Source of the DNA: an uncultured Pseudomonadales bacterium | Lineage (GTDB): Bacteria; Patescibacteriota; Microgenomatia; UBA1400; CG1-02-47-37 | Assembly (NCBI GenBank): GCA_964361885.1 | Contig: CAYICL010000003.1 | Span: 1-48,295 of the forward strand | DNA length: 48,295 bases | Direction: 5' to 3' | Shown: positions 8,174 to 16,753 of the stretch, in pieces | Numbering within the stretch: position 1 is the stretch's first letter | Layout: each line of letters opens with the position of its first letter | Notes under the pieces: generated by a model | The model's input: only the letters and a program-made list of their open reading frames with translations | Databases searched by the model: none | Told to the model about the DNA's origin: nothing | Program-made: the position numbers and the translations under genes

Positions 8174-8788
8174 ATGAAAGAAACCGATTTTATTGTCCAA
8201 CGAATACCATTAGATAAACCCGGACTATGTGCGCACGCTTTGGTTGTGTCTACCGCTCAGGCATTTGGGATAGATCTTGCTTGTCAGAAAGACATGCATG
8301 TTCATGTGGCGGATCCGATATGGGGTACCGAACCGTCCGAAATCACAAAAATGGCCCAAACGATTCTTCCCGATTCACACATTTGCGTCAAAGAAGGTTG
8401 GACATTTAGAGAACTGACCGAACTATTCGATAAAGGAAGAATCGTCGTAATACTTGATGTTACGGATATGTTAAGTAGGTTCGATAAAGTCTTGCAAGAG
8501 GAAGTTGGAAAAGATAAGGTTGATGGGCATTATGTTATCCTGGCAGGAATACACAACAGAATGGCCGTAATAATCGACCCTTCGGCAGATGAGATTGTTC
8601 ATGAAGATAATTCGGACGAACAAAATTTTGGTGTAAAAACAACAGATTGCGATAATATTTATCTTCTGCCACCGGCATCATTAGAGAAAATGTGGTGGGA
8701 TACCAATAAAAACGGAACGATAAATGACCATTGGGCTCTTGTGATGCTTCATCCCGATGATGACCCCAAAAATATCAAATTTAAATAA
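8174..8788 (+). CDS. Papain-fold (peptidase C39-like) cysteine peptidase domain protein
   Basis: Candidate catalytic Cys in PGLCAHALVVSTAQAFG and His in DGHYVILAGIHNRMAVIIDP, in the order and spacing typical of C39-like domains. No ABC transporter is attached. Confidence 0.45.
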   Translation: MKETDFIVQRIPLDKPGLCAHALVVSTAQAFGIDLACQKDMHVHVADPIWGTEPSEITKMAQTILPDSHICVKEGWTFRELTELFDKGRIVVILDVTDMLSRFDKVLQEEVGKDKVDGHYVILAGIHNRMAVIIDPSADEIVHEDNSDEQNFGVKTTDCDNIYLLPPASLEKMWWDTNKNGTINDHWALVMLHPDDDPKNIKFK

Positions 8789-8832
8789 CAATTAATTTGA
8801 GCGGGATAAGCATAGCTTGTCCGCGACCAAAA

Positions 8833-9306
8833 CTATCCTTCCAACTCTTCCTTTGAGTAAAGCAAACACTCGCTGGCACTGGTCCACTCAATCACTTCTT
8901 CATCTGCGAAAAGTAAGCCCTTTTCCTTATTAGCTGTCTCCTCTGAATCTGAAGCATGAATCAAGTTCAACTGTTGGCTAATGGAAAAATCACCCCTGAT
9001 ACTGCCAGCTTCTGCTTCTCTGCCTGATGTCGTCCCCACTAATTTTCTTGCTACTGCTACCGCATCAATCCCCTGCCATAACATGGCGATAATCGGCGCT
9101 GACTTCATAAACTTCTTTAAATCAGTAAAAAAACTCTTGTCTTTATGATGTGAATACCATTCATCCAGGATTTCATCTGTTAATCGCATCATCTTCAACC
9201 CCGCCAACTTTAAACCTTTGTGCTCAAACCTCTGGACTATCTCACCCAATAGACCCCTTTGTAATCCGTCCGGTTTTACTAACACCACTGACTGTTTCAC
9301 TGTCAT
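8833..9306 (-). CDS. ndk: Nucleoside diphosphate kinase
   Basis: VLVKPDGLQRGLLGEIVQRFEHKGLKL, GSIRGDF and NLIHASDS (active-site His). Confidence 0.85.
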   Translation of the reverse strand: MTVKQSVVLVKPDGLQRGLLGEIVQRFEHKGLKLAGLKMMRLTDEILDEWYSHHKDKSFFTDLKKFMKSAPIIAMLWQGIDAVAVARKLVGTTSGREAEAGSIRGDFSISQQLNLIHASDSEETANKEKGLLFADEEVIEWTSASECLLYSKEELEG

Positions 9307-10586
9307 ACTAATAGTTTAGCAAATTGATTTTGATTTTTAAAGGGGCCAACAATAGTTAAATTTAATTGCCGTTCTTGGAAAATTTTTCCTCCCACTCTCT
9401 GAATATCATCTATTTCCACCTTGTCAACTCCTTCAAGCATCTCTTGAATCGTCCTCACTTTGCCTTCTAAAAGCAAATCTTCCCCAAACTGCTCGGCCAC
9501 ATCCTGACTATCCTCCAAAGCCAGCGCCAATCTGCCTTTTAAATACTCCTTGGCCAACTTTAACTCTTTATCTTCAACCGGTTTCTGCCCTATTTTTTCA
9601 TATTCATTTAAAGTTAATTTAATCGACTCGTTAAGTTTTTTAACATCGCAGCCTGCTTGCGTTACCAAATAACCGGTTTCAAAAAAGCTGTCTATGCTGG
9701 ACCGGACATAATAAGCCAAACCCCTGTTTTCCCTGATCTCGTTCCACAGTCTCGAGCTGGTATTGCCGCCCAGAATCGTGTTTAAAAGCGCCAGAACATA
9801 CCGGTCTTTATTAGTCCTCTCAAACGTTCTGACTCCTAAGCAAAAGTGCGCCTGTTCGATTTTTTTCTCTATTACTTGTATTTGCGGTTTGTCTTGTTTA
9901 AAGCTTAATTTTCCCGGCTGGTCGCTGAATTTAACTTCTCCACTTTTTTCTGACTGAAATATCTTTTCAACTAGACCGGCTGTGCCGGCCGTAGCCGCAG
10001 ACGAAGGACCGGCTACTGCCAAAACCATGTTTTTCGGTTGATACCATTTATTTAAATGTTTGATAAACTTTGTTCTTGGTATTGATTTAATATTCTCCGC
10101 TGTGCCAATTACTGCTTGCCCTAAACAGGTCAGACTATAAACTTGTGATACAAAGGCCTCACTCACCTTGATCATCGGCTCATCCTGACGCATCTTAATT
10201 TCTTCTAAAATCACTCCCCGCTCGCGTTCCAGTTCCAACTCAGGCAGCCTGGGTTTAAAAATCAGTTGCTCTAAAAACTCCAAACCTAAGTTTAAATGTT
10301 TTTTGGCTACTTTAACCCAAAAACCAGTATTCTCCCATGAAGTAAAAGCATTAAATGCCCCACCCACGCTGTCAATCACTTTATTTACTGCTTGAGCCGT
10401 CGGCCACTTTTGAGTCCCTTTAAACACCATGTGTTCCACAAAATGTGACAAACCATTAATTTTCTTTTCTTCGTCCCTGCTTCCCACTCTGACTAATAAA
10501 ACCGCTGTCACCGACTCAGTTTCCATCGGCACCGTCACCAACGTCAAGCCATTAGCTAATTGATTAACCTTCTGCTTATACTTCAT
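9303..10586 (-). CDS. M16 (pitrilysin/insulinase) family zinc peptidase
   Basis: HxxEH zinc motif in GLSHFVEHMVFKGT. Two-domain length of 427 aa. Overlaps the ndk start by 4 nt. Confidence 0.8.
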   Translation of the reverse strand: MKYKQKVNQLANGLTLVTVPMETESVTAVLLVRVGSRDEEKKINGLSHFVEHMVFKGTQKWPTAQAVNKVIDSVGGAFNAFTSWENTGFWVKVAKKHLNLGLEFLEQLIFKPRLPELELERERGVILEEIKMRQDEPMIKVSEAFVSQVYSLTCLGQAVIGTAENIKSIPRTKFIKHLNKWYQPKNMVLAVAGPSSAATAGTAGLVEKIFQSEKSGEVKFSDQPGKLSFKQDKPQIQVIEKKIEQAHFCLGVRTFERTNKDRYVLALLNTILGGNTSSRLWNEIRENRGLAYYVRSSIDSFFETGYLVTQAGCDVKKLNESIKLTLNEYEKIGQKPVEDKELKLAKEYLKGRLALALEDSQDVAEQFGEDLLLEGKVRTIQEMLEGVDKVEIDDIQRVGGKIFQERQLNLTIVGPFKNQNQFAKLLV

Positions 10587-10601
10587 AGCCGTTATTGTAG
10601 C

Positions 10602-11717
10602 TTAATTCCCCAAAACTTTCTTTAATGTTTCCATCCCATTAACCAAAGATATTTTTGCTTGAACAAAATTATTTTCTTTGACTTTTCCTTGACAATCTGC
10701 CAAAGCTGTTCTGGCACTAATAGCGGCAATAAGATACGGCCTGACTCTGGGTATAGCTAAATATTCTGCGCTAATCTCCATCAGGATCATCTGCAGAATC
10801 TGCCTCTGTAATTCAGTCTGATTTTTAGACGTTCGGAATCCGGTGTGACCACCCACTTTTTGTTCCAATTCATCTACGGCACTTTGTAAAGCCCATCTGG
10901 TTATCCCTCTTTCATATTCCAACTGGATCCGGTTATCCGAAAATTTTTCCGCCACCAACCCAACCATTACCTTCCGTCTGACTGCAGCTAAATAGGCTGA
11001 ACGAATCCTAACTCTTTGCACTAACGGATTCTTTCTGCCTAAAGAATCTTTTTGCGACGCATTAGTTAACATCTCGGCAATCTTTACTTTATGAAATGCC
11101 GTGGACTGATCTAGACCGATTTGCCTTAAAAAAGCTTCTGTCTGGATTTCTAAATCCTGTAAACTAATCCTTTGGTTTAACACCGCTCCGACTGCACCTT
11201 CGGCAAAATTAATCACTTGATCCGCCTGGAAAGTTTCCGGCGCTGACCCGGAATCGCTAAACTTTTTCAACACTCTAGTTTGTAGTCTTATGGCGGCCTC
11301 AATAGTTGCCGATCTCTTCGGCTCTAAAGCGCAGGCGCTTTCACGACGACAAGGAATATTAGCCATATAACCAATCTCAACTCGATCAGGGATAAGCGGA
11401 TAAAGCAATCGGTAGTTAACTTGTTTAGGGTTATGCAAAGTCCGAATGCCGTTATGTTTGTCAATAGTTTTTGGCTTCCACACAAGCGTACGTAAATAAC
11501 CTAATTCGTCAATTCTGACACCTAATTTCCTTTCAGTAATTGACGGTAAATCCAGAATCCATAAATCTTTCGAGTTCATAACTAGAACTACCTTGCTTAA
11601 ATCCCCGCCCTGCCGCCTAAAATATTCTTTCGCCCACTGCCTGCCAGCCTCCTCAACAGTTAATCCACGGATCCCGCCTTTATCTGGAGCAGATAATACT
11701 TCTCGTTCTAATTCCAT
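10602..11717 (-). CDS. Hypothetical protein (no recognisable domain)
   Basis: Long intact ORF placed directly between the M16 peptidase gene and 11719-12852, with 1-nt spacing to the upstream gene. Predicted largely helical C-terminal half. Confidence 0.5.
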   Translation of the reverse strand: MELEREVLSAPDKGGIRGLTVEEAGRQWAKEYFRRQGGDLSKVVLVMNSKDLWILDLPSITERKLGVRIDELGYLRTLVWKPKTIDKHNGIRTLHNPKQVNYRLLYPLIPDRVEIGYMANIPCRRESACALEPKRSATIEAAIRLQTRVLKKFSDSGSAPETFQADQVINFAEGAVGAVLNQRISLQDLEIQTEAFLRQIGLDQSTAFHKVKIAEMLTNASQKDSLGRKNPLVQRVRIRSAYLAAVRRKVMVGLVAEKFSDNRIQLEYERGITRWALQSAVDELEQKVGGHTGFRTSKNQTELQRQILQMILMEISAEYLAIPRVRPYLIAAISARTALADCQGKVKENNFVQAKISLVNGMETLKKVLGN

Positions 11718-11718
11718 T

Positions 11719-12852
11719 TTATCGATACACCCAACCTCTCACTATCTCACCGGTTTCTAGTTTCCGCTTATGCGGCTTGACCCTAACTTTATATGGCTCA
11801 CCCAAAATCCCACAGTGCGGACAATGGTCAGTCACTTCTATCTCCTGCTTTCTTTTACCAAAATCACATAAAACGCAATCCCTTAATATATATACCCCAT
11901 CACCATCTGGATGATTGTGCACTCTAAAACAAAACTCTTTTAACTCTGTTGTCCCGGGAATCAATAACTCCTTTTGGCTATCTATCATTTCCTCAAAAAC
12001 TGCTCTTTCTATCTTCATCGCCAGCCTCCTGACCGGTTCTGGATATTCACTTAAATCAACCGCTGACTCATAACTTATTTGCTTCAATAATTCTTCACTA
12101 GTCACTTCCCCTACCTGACTGGAAAGGGTTGAACGCCAATCCTTTTTGACTATCAATAATCCCCCATCTAAAGATTCAAATATGGTTATCCCCATCTTCT
12201 CAGCTTCCTGTCTTCTTAGCCAAAAAATCTTCATCGCTTCTTTAAAAGTTAGATTTTCTTTCTTTCTTCTGGCTGACCACAATAAATAGTCTCTCTGTTT
12301 TCCGCCTTCATTAACTGCCACTGCCGCTTGAACTAAATCGACTCCAGAGTCTCTAAAACACCTTTCTCTCCAGCTTTTATCCAATAACTGATTCTGTTCC
12401 TGCTTCACTTCCACAACAAAGATGCTGCCTTTATGCTCCGGCAGTTTTTGACCAATGGCTTTAATATCTGCTTTTAACCATGACGCGTCCAATTCTGTCA
12501 ATCTAGGAGCTACTAAAACTGCGCCAGCCAGCTTAATCGGTTCCAGTATCCGTCTAAACTCTCCTTTTTCATATATCTGCCAATCTTTAGCAGATATATC
12601 CATCCACTCCATCTTGCCTAAACCTCTTCTCCCTTCGGTTAACGAAGGATAGGTAACCAGCAATACCATCCCAGCCGGCATTAACCCCCATGCTTTATGA
12701 AGGATTAAATCATTCTGCACTTTCAAGCCGTCCTTGACCCCGACTGATTCTATTACCTTGGCAAACGAATTCATCTCCAACCGATTCTCTTTACTACTAA
12801 TCGTAAAGCTTGTTTGCCAAGCTCTTTCAAGCGAACCAACATTTGATACCAT
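11719..12852 (-). CDS. Hypothetical protein with C-terminal C4 zinc ribbon
   Basis: CVLCDFGKRKQEIEVTDHCPHC (CxxC-N16-CxxC) near the C-terminus. Otherwise no recognised motif. Confidence 0.5.
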   Translation of the reverse strand: MVSNVGSLERAWQTSFTISSKENRLEMNSFAKVIESVGVKDGLKVQNDLILHKAWGLMPAGMVLLVTYPSLTEGRRGLGKMEWMDISAKDWQIYEKGEFRRILEPIKLAGAVLVAPRLTELDASWLKADIKAIGQKLPEHKGSIFVVEVKQEQNQLLDKSWRERCFRDSGVDLVQAAVAVNEGGKQRDYLLWSARRKKENLTFKEAMKIFWLRRQEAEKMGITIFESLDGGLLIVKKDWRSTLSSQVGEVTSEELLKQISYESAVDLSEYPEPVRRLAMKIERAVFEEMIDSQKELLIPGTTELKEFCFRVHNHPDGDGVYILRDCVLCDFGKRKQEIEVTDHCPHCGILGEPYKVRVKPHKRKLETGEIVRGWVYR

Positions 12853-12916
12853 ATCTTATAGTCCTAGTATATCACACTGCTTTTTTGTGTTATATTATTC
12901 CTACTGCCCCTAACTT

Positions 12917-14182
12917 ATGAGCTCAATCCTGACTCGCTGGCAGCTTTATCTCTTCTACCTGATTGTCTTTCTTACTCCTGCCAATCTGGCCAAACACTTT
13001 ATTCTCCCTGCCTCTTATGTTTCCGGCCAGCTGGTTGACTATCTGATTCCCTCTCTTTACCTGACTGATATTCTGATTATTATTCTCTTGTCTGCCTGGC
13101 TGCTGGAAATTCTTCAAGGCCGGCCAAAACAACTGGTTTTGATCAAACCAAAGTTTCTGCCTCAACCTTGGTTAATCTTTCTCATCTGCCTCCTTCCCTC
13201 TGTCTTTTTCGCCTCATCGCCTTTACCGGCGGTTTACAAATTTCTCAAACTTTTAGAATTGTCCCTTTTCTGCTTCTGGTTTAAATCTCATCTTGATTTA
13301 ACCAAACATCGCCTGCCGATAATTAATCTTTTGACTGCTTCTGTCCTCTTCCAATCCGCCCTGGCTCTGGCCCAATGGTTCAAACAAGCCTCTGTCTTTG
13401 GCTATTGGTTTTTGGGCGAACAGCCTTTTAAAACCTCCACTTTTGGCATTGACAAAATCGTTTGGTTTGACGGTTCTTTAAAAATCCCCCCGCTCGGAAC
13501 CTTTCCCCATCCTAATGTCTTAGCCGGATTTTTAGTCATATCTTTACTATTTATCCTTCAAGGTCTCTCCCTGAAGGTGTTTTGGAAAACACTGGCAATA
13601 GTTTTCGGGATAACCGCCCTGTTTCTGACTTTCTCCCTTTCCGCCTGGCTGGCTTTTTTACTTATTGGCTTGCCTTTAACTATCAACTCGATAATTAAAA
13701 TTAACCGGACAAAATTCCTGCTGATTTATACCGGAGCCTTATTAATTCTTTTTTCCTTAAGTCTTAACTTTTCCTTTTTAGCTCCGGAGTCTTCCTTCAC
13801 TCGCCGCTCCCTACTGGCTCAAATGGCTGTCACCATGCTCAAAGTTAACCCTTTAACCGGAGTCGGTTTAAACAACTTTACCGTTACCATGGATAGTTTC
13901 GGCTACATCCCGGCCACTACCCGTTTTCTCCAGCCGGTCCATAATATCTTTTTACTTGTCCTGGCCGAAACCGGCCTGATCGGTTTTCTTGGTTTTATCT
14001 GGCTGTTGATTACTCCTTATCTTAAATACTTCAAAACCTATCCTAATCAGTCGTCATCCTCCACCCTTTTCCTGCTCTGCCTGTCCAGCTTGCTTTTCTT
14101 AGGTCTGTTTGACCATTATCCTTTAACTCTTCAGCCTGGCTTACTCTTGCTTTTTCTTTTCCTTGGTCTCCTGTCTTCCTAA
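12917..14182 (+). CDS. O-antigen ligase/polymerase-like (Wzy_C family) polytopic membrane protein
   Basis: About 10 TM segments and the characteristic loop ...FLQPVHNIFLLVLAETGLIGFLGF. Confidence 0.65.
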   Translation: MSSILTRWQLYLFYLIVFLTPANLAKHFILPASYVSGQLVDYLIPSLYLTDILIIILLSAWLLEILQGRPKQLVLIKPKFLPQPWLIFLICLLPSVFFASSPLPAVYKFLKLLELSLFCFWFKSHLDLTKHRLPIINLLTASVLFQSALALAQWFKQASVFGYWFLGEQPFKTSTFGIDKIVWFDGSLKIPPLGTFPHPNVLAGFLVISLLFILQGLSLKVFWKTLAIVFGITALFLTFSLSAWLAFLLIGLPLTINSIIKINRTKFLLIYTGALLILFSLSLNFSFLAPESSFTRRSLLAQMAVTMLKVNPLTGVGLNNFTVTMDSFGYIPATTRFLQPVHNIFLLVLAETGLIGFLGFIWLLITPYLKYFKTYPNQSSSSTLFLLCLSSLLFLGLFDHYPLTLQPGLLLLFLFLGLLSS

Positions 14183-14189
14183 CATCCGC

Positions 14190-15968
14190 CTACATCCGCT
14201 CCGGCGTGGCAATCCCCAGTAAACCCAAACCTTTTTTAATTATCTCGGCCGTTGCCTGAGTCAGCCACAGCCTGAACTCTTTTACCTCTTTTTCCGCCTT
14301 TAAAATCCGGTGCCGGTTGTAAAACCCATTATACTTTTGAGCCAAATCATATAAGAAATTGGCTACCAGATTTGGCGCCAACTCCGCCGCCGCCTGGCTG
14401 ACCACCTCTTCATACCGATACAACGTCCGCAGTAATAGGTCTTCCTCTTTTGAATAAGGTCCGACCTTGAGCGCCTTTGGCGCGTCCCGACGAATGTCGG
14501 GACTCAAGGTCGGACCTTTACTCAGCACGCTCTTGGCTCTGGCGTATGTATACTGCAGATACGGCCCTGAGTTACCCTCTAAACTAATCGATTCGTCAAA
14601 ATCAAAAGCCATGTCTTTGGTCCTGCCCACTTTTAAAATACTGTATTTAACTGCTCCCACTCCGATTTTTTCCGCTACTTCGTCAATGGAGGCTGTTTCC
14701 ACTTCGCTCTCACCTGACCGTTTCATAATTTCTTTAGTTTTTCCCACTGCTTGATCCAGCAAATCATCAATATATACCACCATACCTGTTCTTGAACTCA
14801 TCCTGCCCTTACCCTTAAGACTCATCCAGCCATAACTCACATGCTGACACTCTTTGATCTTCACTATCCCTAGCTGTTCGCAGACCGCAAACATCTGTTT
14901 TAAAGCTAATGACTGCTCCGGTCCGATCACCCAAAAAAGCTTATCCGGTTTAAAGGTCTCCTTTTTTAATTTGGTCAAAGCTAAATCCTGAGTAATATAC
15001 AAAGCCGTACCGTCTGCTTTAATCACCACCGTGTCCGGAATGCCGTACTTGGTTAAATCCGTGACGATTGCCCCTTCTTTTCCTTTTCTAAACACGCCTT
15101 TCTTCAAACCTAGCTCCACCAAGTCCTTCCCTTGCTGATAATGCTCATGCTCATGCCAAACCCTGTCCCATTTATTTCCCAGTCTCTTCAGCGTCAACTC
15201 CTGCCCCTGGTAGGAATATTCCAGTACCTTTGCCCATAAAGCCCGGTTCTTCTTGTCTCCGGCTTCCCAATCTATCACCATTTGCCTGACCGCCTTTTCT
15301 GTATCAGCTGTTTTACAATCCTCACTGGCCTTAACATATAACTCGTCTACAAATCTATCCGGCCTCATCTTGGCATTTTCCGGAGTCTGCCATTCATCCT
15401 GATGGTCATACCAATAATTAAGATCAATCATTTGCTTCTTTTCTTTGTGGCCAAACCTTAAATATCCCCACATTAATTTGGCAATGGCAATTCCCCGGTT
15501 ATTATCAACACAATCTCTGACCACCTGGCAACCTAAGGCTTCGAAAATATTCGCCAAGGCCATACCGATAATATTGTTGGTTAAATGTCCTAAATGCATG
15601 GCTTTATTAGGATTAGGTGACGTGTGTTCCACTAAATATTTTTTCCCCTGATAAGGTTTCTTCTCATCACCAATTAGCACTTGATTAATTTGATTGATAA
15701 GAACGTCACTTTTGATTGATATATTAATAAAACCTGCTCCGGCAACACTGATTTTTGAAGCTATTTTTTTCATGCTATCTTCGGCTTTTAACTTAGCTGC
15801 AATTGCTTCAGCTGTTTCTCGGGGTGACTGGCTTTTTAACGCCACATTGCAGCTATAATCCCCAAACGCCATGTTCTCCGGATGCTCCACAATAAACTTG
15901 GCTTTTTCTAATTTGAGTTCTTTTAAAATCTTCTCTATATTCTTATAAATCTGATGTGATAATTCCAT
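14190..15968 (-). CDS. argS: Arginine--tRNA ligase
   Basis: HTSPNPNKAMHLGHL (HIGH region), MSSRTG (KMSKS-like) and a C-terminal anticodon-binding domain ending ...ERM. Carries a 63-nt in-frame palindromic cassette at 14456-14518. Confidence 0.9.
   Translation of the reverse strand: MELSHQIYKNIEKILKELKLEKAKFIVEHPENMAFGDYSCNVALKSQSPRETAEAIAAKLKAEDSMKKIASKISVAGAGFINISIKSDVLINQINQVLIGDEKKPYQGKKYLVEHTSPNPNKAMHLGHLTNNIIGMALANIFEALGCQVVRDCVDNNRGIAIAKLMWGYLRFGHKEKKQMIDLNYWYDHQDEWQTPENAKMRPDRFVDELYVKASEDCKTADTEKAVRQMVIDWEAGDKKNRALWAKVLEYSYQGQELTLKRLGNKWDRVWHEHEHYQQGKDLVELGLKKGVFRKGKEGAIVTDLTKYGIPDTVVIKADGTALYITQDLALTKLKKETFKPDKLFWVIGPEQSLALKQMFAVCEQLGIVKIKECQHVSYGWMSLKGKGRMSSRTGMVVYIDDLLDQAVGKTKEIMKRSGESEVETASIDEVAEKIGVGAVKYSILKVGRTKDMAFDFDESISLEGNSGPYLQYTYARAKSVLSKGPTLSPDIRRDAPKALKVGPYSKEEDLLLRTLYRYEEVVSQAAAELAPNLVANFLYDLAQKYNGFYNRHRILKAEKEVKEFRLWLTQATAEIIKKGLGLLGIATPERM
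14456..14518. repeat. 63-nt nested palindromic cassette inside argS (15-bp perfect inverted repeat AAGGTCCGACCTTGA / TCAAGGTCGGACCTT enclosing two hairpins)
   Basis: Read directly. Inner hairpins GCGCC-TTT-GGCGC (14471-14483) and GTCCCGAC-GAAT-GTCGGGAC (14484-14503). Confidence 0.9.
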
Positions 15969-15981
15969 ATTCTTATTTATT

Positions 15982-16725
15982 TTACTCCTTCACCACTCCG
16001 GCTCTTAATAAATACTTCTTGGCTTTTTCTATCGGCCAGTCTGCCGGTAATAAATCAGGCGGCAGCATCGGATCTAAAATCAAGGTTTCCAAATAATCCC
16101 GATAAACCTTTTTTAAAAACTCCTCCCGTTTCACCGACTCTTTGATCCCAAATCTGGTTACCAACCGGTCAATCACCTGGTTGTACCTGTTGGCAATCGC
16201 TTCTATGCCCCAAACCTTTTCCGCTAACTTCTTGGCCTCAACCAGATACTTCTGTTTTGATTCCAGTAAATACACCTTAGAACCCAAATCTTTAAGATCC
16301 AAATAGCTTAAAAACTCCTTGCTGTAATCATAAGGGGAAATATAGGTGCTGTTTTGCAAACAGCCAAAATCCATCTTAATTAACTGGCGTCTTAATAAAT
16401 CCCTTAACCGTCTTTGTTTTTCAGCCACATCAAAAATCACCACCCGCCAAAATCCGTCCCATGCCTGACCTACCTGTTTTAACACCGGTTTTAACATCAT
16501 CAAATGTTTTCTGCCGGCTCCGGTTAACCGGAAGTTTGGCCGGCCTTCAACCAACACTTGCTGCACATAACCCTCCCGCACCATTCTGGCTACCAAACCC
16601 CGGTACTTTTTTCTCGAATAACCCGGCGGTGTCCATAAAAACAGCTTATCTGTCTGATAAGCTCTGGCAAAGTCGCCGCCGATAGCCAACCCCCAAAGTA
16701 ACCGGTCACGCATCAATATTTTCAT
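15982..16725 (-). CDS. PaaX-like transcriptional regulator (winged helix plus PaaX-type domain)
   Basis: GYVQQVLVEGRPNFRLTGAGRKHL (wHTH-like), followed by WDGFWRVVIFDVAEKQRRLRDLLRRQLIKMDFGCLQNSTYISP. Confidence 0.5.
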   Translation of the reverse strand: MKILMRDRLLWGLAIGGDFARAYQTDKLFLWTPPGYSRKKYRGLVARMVREGYVQQVLVEGRPNFRLTGAGRKHLMMLKPVLKQVGQAWDGFWRVVIFDVAEKQRRLRDLLRRQLIKMDFGCLQNSTYISPYDYSKEFLSYLDLKDLGSKVYLLESKQKYLVEAKKLAEKVWGIEAIANRYNQVIDRLVTRFGIKESVKREEFLKKVYRDYLETLILDPMLPPDLLPADWPIEKAKKYLLRAGVVKE

Positions 16726-16753
16726 ATCGTCTAAATTATACTATAGTTAATCT

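Noticed and set aside
8801-8826. GCGGGATAAGCATAGCTTGTCCGC between convergent genes could be a bidirectional terminator.
   Set aside because: The stem is only about 5 bp including a G-T pair, the loop is 14 nt, and there is no T-tract. That is too weak to call.
9241-9275. CCTTTGTAATCCGTCCGGTTTTAC in ndk looks like a scrambled REP.
   Set aside because: It encodes the universally conserved NDK N-terminus (KPDGLQRG). The order of the segments does not match the REP, so the resemblance is coincidental.
14467-14754. A plus-strand 95-aa ORF overlaps argS and contains the palindromic cassette.
   Set aside because: It is a shadow ORF antisense to a strongly supported argS.
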